The position numbers were made by a program, and so were the translations under genes. Below, piece by piece: positions 54,262 to 64,000 of a stretch of DNA of 64,000 nt; position 1 is the first letter of the stretch; the number at the start of each line of letters is the position of its first letter. The stretch comes from Mobula hypostoma (taxonomy: Eukaryota), in assembly GCF_963921235.1 (NCBI RefSeq), contig NC_086097.1:80974001-81038000 (forward strand). Reading direction: 5' to 3'. Under the pieces are notes generated by a model, which was not told the origin of the DNA, did not search any database, and worked only from the letters and a program-made list of their open reading frames with translations.

Positions 54262-54676
54262 CAGTACAGTGCAAAAGACTAAGGCACCCTAGATTTGTTT
54301 CAATTTTTATATGGTTTCACATGGTACGGCCTCCACAGAGTCCTGACCTCAACATCAAGGCTGTCTGGGATTACCTGGAGAGACAGAAGCATGCGAGACA
54401 GCCAAAGTCCGCAGAAGAACTGTGGCAAGCTTGGAACAACCTTCCAGCCGACTTTCTTACAAAATTGCACGACAATGTACCTTTAGAAATTGATGCAGTT
54501 TTAAAGGCACAGAGTGGTCACGCCAGATATTGATTTGATTCAGTTATCCTTTTACTGTTTACTGCTCTTTACTGTAAACTTTCTGATATGTATAAACTTT
54601 GTATTTCATTATATTTCAAAGCATCTTCTCTAAACAGAATGCCTTTACATGTGCTAAAGAGTTTTGCACAGTACTG
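54262..54676 (+). mobile_element. Internally deleted Tc1 transposon retaining the transposase C-terminus
   Basis: TA|CAGTACAGTGCAAAAG...TTTTGCACAGTACTG|TA. Encodes PPQSPDLNI..VWDYLE...LWQAWNNL...AVLKAQSGHARY. Confidence 0.92.
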
Positions 54677-55087
54677 TATTAATACTGATGAGTTGCCTAA
54701 CTCGAGAAAACCATACCTTCTTCAACTAGACTGGTCTTGCATGATGTGGACTGTGCCTGCCTGCTGCCACACTTAACCTTTTGTGGCCACCCAGGTTCTA
54801 CTCTGTTCAAAGCTACAGTGTCGCAGCTCTGTCGTAGAGTGGAACAGTCCACAAGCAGTGCTGAGGATTCAGGCACCACTCCCAGAGTGTCTACGGTGTT
54901 TGCAAATATCTCTGAATTCAGAACTGTGGAAAAATCAGTTGAAACTGTATTAAAATTTTAAAAACATATCAAAATGCATCAAAATCAATTTAGAATCATG
55001 TTGCCTGATAAAAAATAATGAATATTAATGAAGAGAAAAAGAAGTAGAGCAGTTTCCTTTCCTTGCATGGTGGTTTCCAGTATTCCA

Positions 55088-55233
55088 GTTTAAGTTTAAT
55101 TATCCTTCAATCCTATATGAATACAGCCAAACGAAACAATGATCCTCCAGAGCCAAGGTGCAAAACACAGTACCAACAGTCATTAACAGCACAATGCACA
55201 TATAAAATAGCAAATAAACATAGTCACATAAAG

Positions 55234-55280
<47 letters not shown>

Positions 55281-55910
55281 GCCCAAGTCCCTGATTGACA
55301 TATCTTGCAAATTGATTGTGCATGGGTGTTATCACAAGAACAAGCTGTTCTCAGCAGTCCTCAGATGAACATATGGACGCACGCAATCCAGCTTGTCATT
55401 TCACTGATTGAACATTGAAGGGAACAATGACGGAAGGGGTCAGTCCCCAAACCAGAATGCATGCCACGCTGCACCGCATCTAGCATCTCCTCTCCTGAAC
55501 TACTATTACAGGCAAGCCTGCGGCTTGAGGCCAGGTCCTCACTGCAACCAAGGCCACAGAGCTCTCCCTGCCGTCTGTCTCGCCAAAAAACAAGGGAAAT
55601 AGACTTGCAGCATTTTACATTATCAATGTCCACGGGGGCTTGCAAATGCAAGAGAAACATGCAGTTAGACTGCCCACCACCTTCGTGCACTGACTCCAAT
55701 GCCTTCCTGGAGCAGACAGTAACACAGTCCACACTAAGTCCAGCTCCTCTGACAGCGAGCAGCTTGCCGACAGGGTAGTCCTGCAGTACCTGAAGTTCTT
55801 AATATCCAGCATTGTTCTGTGATTGCAAAATAGATGTTTAACAAAGCCAACAACACCTTCGGTTGGCCCTTGAGAGGCCATTGTGTCCAAACGTGCTGCC
55901 ATCTTGCCGG
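55088..55910 (-). mobile_element. Unclassified non-autonomous repeat (CAAGATGGC-initiated) containing (TA)n at about 55235-55280
   Basis: Minus strand begins CCGGCAAGATGGCAGC, has a GC-richer body, and ends in a LINE-like tail ...gataattaaactt. Confidence 0.5.
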
Positions 55911-58900
55911 AGGTGAATTCAAATGAATGGAGCTAACATAAGTATACAAAATGTTAGGTGAAAAACAAGGGGATCAATGTCAAGTGCAACTGTCTCTCAG
56001 CTTAAGATATTCATACTCTGACTTGGAACATTGTGTCAAGTCCCAATGTGAAGGTCAGATTCATTTCTTCCTGATCACCACAATCAAACACTAAAGTCAC
56101 AAACATATTATACCCAAGGAGGATCCCATAAGATATTTTCAGCCAACCCCATGGAGTAGGTTAGCTCATTTTAGTCCATTTCATTTTGTATTGAGACTAC
56201 CTTCATCACTCTAGGAATATTCAACATATCAACACATACAATATGCCGGAGAAACTCAGCAGGCCAGGCAGCATCCATTTAAATGAACAGACAGTGGATG
56301 TTTCGGTCTGGGATCCTTTTTCAGGATTGAGATTGAAGGGGAGTAATGCCAGAATAAAAATAGTCAACAGATATTTGTTTAGTTTAAACAATCTAACATG
56401 TGAAATAATGCCATCAATTCTATCTCAGATTAGCATGGGCCCAGAACCACTGAGGGAAGAATATCTGTGCAATAAATCCAAAACAAACAACTGTAAAATC
56501 TAATCCTTCACATAACATTACACCTCAGCTTTCTGTATTAAAAATTTATTACGTTTGACAAAGTACAATTGAGATTTTGTTACCTGTCTACTTTCATTCT
56601 ACAAAAATAATGAAGTGAATGCTTTTTACTGTGCAATCAAGAGTCATATGCAAAAGGATCAGTGGCATTTTCGTGACTGAATTATTATCCCCTTTTACAG
56701 ACATGCATTCTACACCAAAAGAGCATAGATTTGTCCAAAAAAATACTGCAACATATTTTGAACTCGAGAAGAAAGCCATTAATTTGAAAACAAAGAGAAG
56801 AGGCACAGTTAATATTGTGCTTCAGGAAGCCACAGCAGCTGGCAATACCACTTCAAGGTCAATTTTGCAGCAGGACAGCTTAGAGAGCATCTGTGCTTAA
56901 GTAGGTCAGCGTAGGCCAAATCAACCAGTTAAAGTGATTCCAGGAAAACAAATTGGCTTATTTGAACTTCATTTTCTCTGAGGCAATAATCAGGATTTTA
57001 TAGTGAAGTACTAAAGGAAGGTTGTAGCTGGTCCACTGATAGCTCACCTTATGCCACAGATGTTTCTTAAATGCCCTTTCTGTAGTCTCTCTCAGTAGTC
57101 AGCTATGGACATTGTGACCATCCACATGAAACCTCTCCTCACTTATTTTAAAATCCATTCATTCAAATCATGTGATAATTCAAAAGTCACCAAATACTAA
57201 ATCCCTGTTGAGTTTGTGCTGCTCAGTTCAAATTATAGGCTAATTTAAATGTTTCTTTCAAAAAACACAGAACAATCAACTAGAAAGAAGGTGTATTATC
57301 TTGGCCTTGCTTATATGAATAACTGGGTATGAATAAATATTTGAAAGAAAAATCAAAATATGATTGTGGTAATGTGTATAATGTCTTCCTATTTTACTGC
57401 ATTGGTAAATATTTATTCAATGCAAGTCTGTGGTATGTGTAAACTAAGAATGATATTATTTTACTCAATTATCTTTTGTCTTGAGAAAATATGTCAAATT
57501 CTGGTTTAAATAAGATAGATATATCAGGAGAAACTACTTCATTTAGCAGACGGTTTCAATATTACTTTAGGGCTAAATGCACACTGTGGAATGAAGAGAA
57601 CTCAGTGTGACTATGATATGGAATTCACTGCTTGTACGGATGGCAGAAATGGAATGGGCCACACAGTCTCATTCAGTATCTAAATATTTCCATAATTCAG
57701 TGATATCCTCAACACTTCTTTGTCAGCATGTTAATTTAATGTAAATATCTTGCATTCACTAAGTTTTCTCCCTCTCTGCTCATCTGCATATCACATGGCG
57801 GATGACAATTCTTCTCCTGCGCAACATCAGGTAAAAGACTGGAGCAGGTGCACACTATTCTAACGGAAATACTATCCATCTGATACTATTTTTATTGCTT
57901 AAATACAGATGATATGTGTCGACTTGACACGGAAAGCATATGCATTTAACAGCATGGTTTACTCGGAGAGTTTGCAGGCAAAAAAGGTCAAGCTTCCAAT
58001 AATTGAGTAATAAGTCTTATTCATTGTTAAGTAACGAGAAATCTGAATTAATGTATAGTAGTAAATTATTTTCTATAATTGAGTTAAGCAAAAGATCAGC
58101 AAGTAATGAGCTGGAAATTGTGACTTCTCCCTCACTTCATTTTTAATCAAATCAAATGAACAGAACAACTGCTACAAAGTTGTCCATTTTCAGAGAAAAT
58201 GAGGAGGTAATTTGACATTTCATTTTGAAAGGATCCTGAAGATAGCAGCGGGTTAGCCATGTCGGATTAAACAGATCTTGACATTGTGGATGAACTCTGG
58301 AAAGCTGAAGATTTTGATGGAGCTTGCAAGTGGTGAGATGGTAGAAAACAAGCTAACTCTCACACTGTCTTAGGTTTGTTTAGGGGCTGGTGGAGTTATG
58401 GGTGAGGCAATCCCAAAAGGTCACAAGCAGGGGCAACAACATTGTATACTCCTCACCAGGTGAGCACTGAGTGTAGGGCTACATATTGAGGAGTCTCAAA
58501 GGAACAGTTAAAAATACATTATTACTGGTACAAATGGCAGGATGTTCAAATGGGGTTCTACAAATTGTCTAGAAGGTAAATTTACACAAGTAAACAGCCT
58601 CATGCATGTGAGAATGTCAGTCCCATCACTTTTCAACATTTAAGTGAATGGTAACCCTATACAGCATTGGCCAAATTTACAGAATAAAAACAAGAACATA
58701 CGGTGAGCTGTGTAGGTGCCTATCATCACCTAGTCAGTGCTACACACAAGGAACTCCAGAAATTACAGTGATACCTCTGATATGGAAATCACATCCCAAT
58801 CTCAGCAACGGTCAGCTATACACAAAGTCAACAGTCAAAAGGTAGGCCAGCAGTATGATCACAGCTGAGTATCTGGGTGCAAGGCTGCACCTACTCTGAC

Positions 58901-60009
58901 CCTCTTTTAACACAATAACACACAGGAGACTGGACACACTATCTTCCATGCTTGGTGAAAGAAAGTCACTTATTCATATGCAAGGGTTGTATGTTGAATT
59001 ATCCCCTGGGCAGAATTATGCATATCCAAAAATCACCAGTATTTTTCAAGATGTAAACTTTGTTTAAGTGATAGTAGAATCATCACTTTACAGTACAAAC
59101 AGGTCCCTCAGCCTACCGAGACCACACTCACCTCAATCCCATTTTTCTTAAATACCCTCCACATTCCCATTGACTCCTCATAGATTGATCATACTGGATG
59201 AAATTTGCAATGTCCACAATTAAACTACATATTTTTGGGATGTAGGAGGAAACCCATGTGGTTGTAGAGAGAGTGCACAAACACAACACAGATATCCTCC
59301 GACGTCAGGTCAAACCTGGGTTGTTGGAACTTTGAATCAGAAACTCTGAGCTGTGCCACTAGGTTGCCCATAATCCTGCAGACTGAACTGGTAAAATTGG
59401 GCCTGTTTTCTTGTGTATTTTTTTTTGCATCCTTCTCTCAAGACTCCACACATTTTATCTTTAGCATAAAGAGATGACTCCAGTGACAGTGATGTAATTA
59501 CCAAGAGCACTGTGACATGAATGCAAATCAATGATCAATGCCAAAATGCAAAAGCAACACTTAAGCACAGTACTTCCATTAAAACTCAGCAAATCTAAAA
59601 TGGTAACTAATCAACTAACAACTGGATTTTATTCTAAATTATATTGTAATTAGCCTCACTTGACTAGTGCCTGTGCTGTGGATTGAAGAGACACATATTA
59701 ATTCTTCTGGGGATAAAGAAACCAGACTTCAAAACCACTGAAAATATTCATGAATATTTAACACATCACCCCAAGGCCAAATTATTAACATTGGATACAT
59801 TATTGATTATTATTTTGTTTTATTTTACTTTTTTATTTCATAGCAATAGACTAATTCCAAAGGACTCATTATAGGATATGGACATAGACTCTAAGTTTAC
59901 AATATATCTGATCAAGCTTTTGAGGTAGAAGGAAGCAATCTGCATGAATAGAGCATATAGCAGTACTGAACATATGGAGATATGGACACAATAGATCTAA
60001 CATCTTAAT

Positions 60010-62100
60010 TTAGACCATTAAGACATAGGAGCAAATTTAGGCCATTCAGTCCATCGAGTCTCCTGCACCTTTGCATCGTAACACATTTATTGTCCCTCTC
60101 CAACCATATGCTCCTGCTTTCTCTCTGTACCTTTGACACACAGATGAATCAAGAACCTATGCACTCCAGCTTTAAATATACTCAGTGACTTCTCCTGCAC
60201 AGCAGTCTATGGCAAGGGATTCCCCAACTTCACTATCCTCTGACTAAAGAAATTTCTCCTCATCTCTGTTCTAAATGAATGTCCCTCTAGTCTGAGGCTG
60301 TGCCCTCTGGTCCTAGAATCCCAAGCTATAGTAAACATCATCCTTTCGTCCACTCTATCCAGACCTTTCAATATTCCACAGGTTTCAATGAAATTCCTTG
60401 TTCTTCTTCTAAATTCCAGTGAGTACAGGTTCAGAGCCATCAAATGTTCTTAATACGTTAACTCTTTCATTTTTAGAATCATTCTCGTGAATCTCCTCTG
60501 GACCCTCTCCAACACCAGCACATTTTTTCTTAGATAAAGGGCCCAAAACTACTTATAATGCTCCAAGTGTGGTCTGACCAATGCTTTATAATGCCTTAGT
60601 ATTACACCCTTGCTCTTATATTCTATTCTTCATGAAATAAATGCTAATATTGCATTTACCTTCCTTACCTTTGACTCAAACCTGCAAGTTAACCTTCAGA
60701 AATCCTGCACAAGGACTCAAATTCCCTTTGCACCTCGCATTTTTGAATTTTCTCTCCATTTAGAAAATAGTTTATATCTTTGTTCCTTCTACCAAAGTGC
60801 ATGACCATACACTTCTCTACGCTATATTACAAAGTTTGTACATCTGCCACTTCTTTGCCCATTCTCCCAATCTGCCCAAGTCCTTCTGCAGACTCCTTGC
60901 TTTCTCAACACCACTTGTTCTCCCCCACCCCCCATGTATCTTTGTATCATCCACAAACTTGGCCACAAAGCCATCAATTCCAGCATCCAACTCATTCATG
61001 TGTAACGTAAAAAGCAGTCCCAACAGCAACTACTGCGGAACACCACTGGTGCAAAATACTTATTCAGTTTGCCCGCCATTTCCTTGTTCTCCATCACTAA
61101 CCTTGCAGCATCAATTTTTAGCATTCCGATATCTACTCTCACCACTCTTTTACTCTTTATGTCTTTATAGAAACTTTTGGTATACTCTTTAATATTACTG
61201 GTTAGCTTGCTTTCGTATTCCATCGTTTCCTTCTTTATGACTTTTTTTTTAAAGTTGCCTTCTGTTGGCTTAAAAGCTTCCCAATCCTCTAACTTCCAAC
61301 TGATTTTTGCTTTATTATATGCTCTCTCTTTGTCTTCTATGTTGGCTTTGACTTCCCTTGACAGCCATTTTACCTTTAGAATATTTCTTCTTTCTTGGGA
61401 TGTATCTATCCTGCGCCTTCCAAATCACTCTTAGAAACTCCAGCCATTGCTGCTCTGCCATCACACTTCTAATCAATTTTCAGCTTTGGCCAGCTCCTCT
61501 CTCATGCCACTGTAATTCCCTTCACTCCACTGTAATACTGATACATCTGATTCAGCTTCTCCTTCTCAAATTGCAGAGTGAATTCCTTCATATTATAATC
61601 AATGTCCCCAAGAGTTCTTTCCTTAAACTCTGGTTCATTGCACAACACCCAATCCAGAATAGCTGGTTCCCGAGTGGGTTAAGTCATGAGCTGCTCTAAA
61701 AAGCCATCTTGCAGGCATTCTACACACAGCCCCCTCTTGGGATCCAGCACCAACCTGATTTTCTCAATCTACCTGCATATTGAAACACCCTATGACTATT
61801 GTAACATTGTCCTTTTGATTATAATTTGTAAACCATATCTTTGTTACTGTTTGCTACATCAGGGTCTTTTTACAATTGCAGTTTCTTCGGTCTACCTACA
61901 AACACTTTACTCCTTCCGATCCTCTTTCTAATGATTTGATTTGATTTTTTAACCAACAGAGCCACCCAGCCCCCTCTCTGGCTATCTGCCTGTCCTTTCA
62001 AAACAATGTTTATCCTTGGACATTAAGCTCCCTGCTATAATCTTCTTCAGCCATGATTCAGTGACGTTCACAATATCATCCACGCCAATCTGCACCTGTG
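60010..62100 (-). mobile_element. Long, internally deleted CR1 LINE (ORF2 pieces through 3' UTR)
   Basis: LYSLEFRR...TRGHSLR...RRNFFSQR, FVAKFVDDTKI and EYESKLTSNIKE..KSFY motifs. Confidence 0.92.
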
Positions 62101-62109
62101 AAGTGCTAT

Positions 62110-62292
62110 CTTTTTTAATCTTCAGCCGCATACACAAATGAAATCATTGCTTCTTCTCCTGCTCCCACTGATTGGATGCAGTCCAACTCTGAAGACTGCC
62201 ATGAAGCACTACCTTCTTTTAATCTTCAGCCGTGTACCTAAGCCATATCATTGCTTCTTCTCTTGCTCCTCCTGCTCACTGATTGGGCACAA
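62110..62292. repeat. Imperfect tandem duplication, ~107-bp period
   Basis: tttttaatcttcagccg...atcattgcttcttctc...cactgattgg occurs twice. Confidence 0.85.
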
Positions 62293-62319
62293 TCCAACAA
62301 ATAGATTAGAAAGTAAGTA

Positions 62320-62322
<3 letters not shown>

Positions 62323-62359
<37 letters not shown>
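62323..62359. repeat. (CA)n microsatellite
   Basis: Directly visible. Confidence 0.97.
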
Positions 62360-62363
<4 letters not shown>

Positions 62364-63439
62364 CAAGTGATATCAATTTGACTTAGAAGCGTTCATAGTA
62401 AAATAATTTACCTAGATGCCACACTTTGGCCAGTGGCCTTAAAGGATTAGCCATGCCAAGAATAAGGTCACTTAATAAGCAAAGATCAAGGTGCCCTAGA
62501 CAACCCATAGGCAACACTACAAGAAATCCTACAACAAGAGGCAGAGCACAATGCCTTTAGAATTGAAAACTTACCTCCTTGTTAAACCACAAACAATGGC
62601 TTGAGGAAGCCTTTTGTGTTGCCGGCTCCAACACATTAACACAGTCCAAGCCTGTTGAAGAACACTGCTCTGAACACCAAGTGGGAATGTGGAGGACTGA
62701 AAATGTTCTCACATCCATTGCTAGTTCCGACTGTCTTTTGTCTCTTGGCACCAAGAACAAAAGTGATAAAAAAAACAATTGTGTTTCATTTCGGAGATGA
62801 AAACCCCACTTTCAGGTGGATTAGATGTTCTTTTATGGAGTTCATTCTCGGCACACAGAAAATGCTATCAACTTGTTGAGAAACTTTTGCCTTGAGAAGC
62901 AATAGTGATCGGTCTTCTTTTACAGCATGGCAAAGGTATCCCCAGTTTATTTTTAAACAGACAGTTTAAGGCTTCTGGACCAGTGAAGGAGGCAAGTATC
63001 CCAGTTATGTCAAAGTCAGAATGTTGTGTGACTGAAGAGAAAACTTGGAACGCCCAGTTTTTTTTTCTTGGATTTTGCAGACTTTCAGTTACTGAGTAGT
63101 AAAGATTACAGGTACAACTAAACACATTTCAGTAAGAGCATTCTGTGGGTAACTCATTGCTCAGCTTACCTCAGAGAATAGATCCTCTGCTCTAGTCCCG
63201 CCTACAAAAAAAATACTGTCTTTAGCTCCCTTCTCCTTAATCCCCCATGCCTGTATTATTTGATCCTGATATGGAGAGCCAAATGTGCTGCTCCTTGGTG
63301 TCCAGGTTCCAGTCATGTAACTTCGGCAGTGACCTAGTCTTTTGGGCCACAGTGAGGCAGTACCACCCCTAGAAATTGCCCTAAATCTGCAGACAGCCAG
63401 CAAAGTTGATTTCATGAATGTAACAACTGAGAGGGATTT

Positions 63440-63812
63440 AGAACCATAAACCATAGAAAGATAGAAACTACAGCACAGAAACAGGCCCTTTGGCCCTTCT
63501 TGGCTGTGCCGAACCATTTTCTGCCTAGAACCACTAACCTGCACACGGACCATATCCCTCCATACACCTCCCATCCACGTATCTGTCCAATTTATTCTTA
63601 AATTGGAAAAAAGAACCCACATTTACCACCTTGTCTGGCAGCTCATTCCATACTCCCACCACTCTCTGTGTGAAGAAGCCCCCCCTAATGTTCCCTTTAA
63701 ACTTTTCCCCCCTCACCCTTAACCCATGTCCTCTGTTTTTTTTCTCCCCTTGCCTCAGTGGAAAAAGCCTGCTTGCATTCACTCTATCTATACCCATCAT
63801 AATTTTATATAC
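63440..63812 (-). mobile_element. Young CR1 LINE 3' end, interrupted by an LTR
   Basis: MMGIDRVNASRLFPL...RGHGLRVRGEKF...FFTQRVVGVWNELP in an open frame. Confidence 0.93.
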
Positions 63813-64000
63813 TGTAGCGATGTGCTACACACAGCGCTAGAATAACCACACGGAGTCGGTGAGTTGGAGTTGCGATGAAAGAGGTTTATTCAAACTTCGC
63901 GGCCTGCTTTAAAGCCTTCCCGTTCCCGCCCTCCCTGGGCGGGACTACTGTGGGGAATGCATATTCCCAGACCCCTTCTGCGCGCGGGATTTTCCCCCTG
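63813..64000 (-). mobile_element. End of a young LTR running off the window
   Basis: CR1 sequence stops abruptly at TGTAGCG. CpG-rich. Minus-strand AATAAA at 63885-63890, about 70 bp from the terminus. Confidence 0.7.

Larger units (their letters stand above)
16195..64000 (-). other. FUT8: Large FUT8 intron (over 47 kb) upstream of the 116-nt exon; the first coding exon lies outside the window
   Basis: The first coding exon (MRPWTGSWRW...ESLR, about 68 aa) would appear in the ORF track, which lists ORFs of 60 aa or more. It does not. Confidence 0.8.

Noticed and set aside
57770..58000. CpG-retaining unique-looking segments (also about 6760-7090, 25860-26110 and 53900-54200) as conserved enhancers
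   Set aside because: Cannot be supported without cross-species alignment.
63161..63622. 153-aa minus-strand ORF containing TGTW, AWG and FFVGG, as a possible first FUT8 exon
   Set aside because: Motif spacing is not colinear with FUT8, there is no transmembrane segment, the 5' half is CR1, and its frame meets the donor in phase 0, incompatible with the phase-2 next exon.

Overview
Eukaryotic, AT-rich, repeat-dense vertebrate DNA. The repeat mix (CR1, Rex1/Babar-like LINEs, V-SINEs, Penelope remnants, Tc1 derivatives) suggests a cartilaginous fish, probably a ray; that is an inference. The window lies inside the FUT8 (alpha-1,6-fucosyltransferase) gene on the minus strand. Three consecutive coding exons are visible (16194-16079, 116 nt; 10512-10350, 163 nt; 6221-6107, 115 nt), with canonical AG/GT sites and compatible phases. 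I found neither the ATG/transmembrane exon nor the next catalytic exon, so 16195-64000 appears to be part of one intron longer than 47 kb. The rest is intronic DNA and transposon remnants, and almost all ORF-track entries are TE fragments or noise. I found no convincing new biological system. The best leads are two candidate cryptic or poison exons, Tc1-derived mini-hairpin composite elements, four LTRs (three with visible TSDs), a young poly(A) tRNA-SINE with a 17-bp TSD, and a head-to-head LINE fold-back. Coordinates of decayed repeats are approximate.
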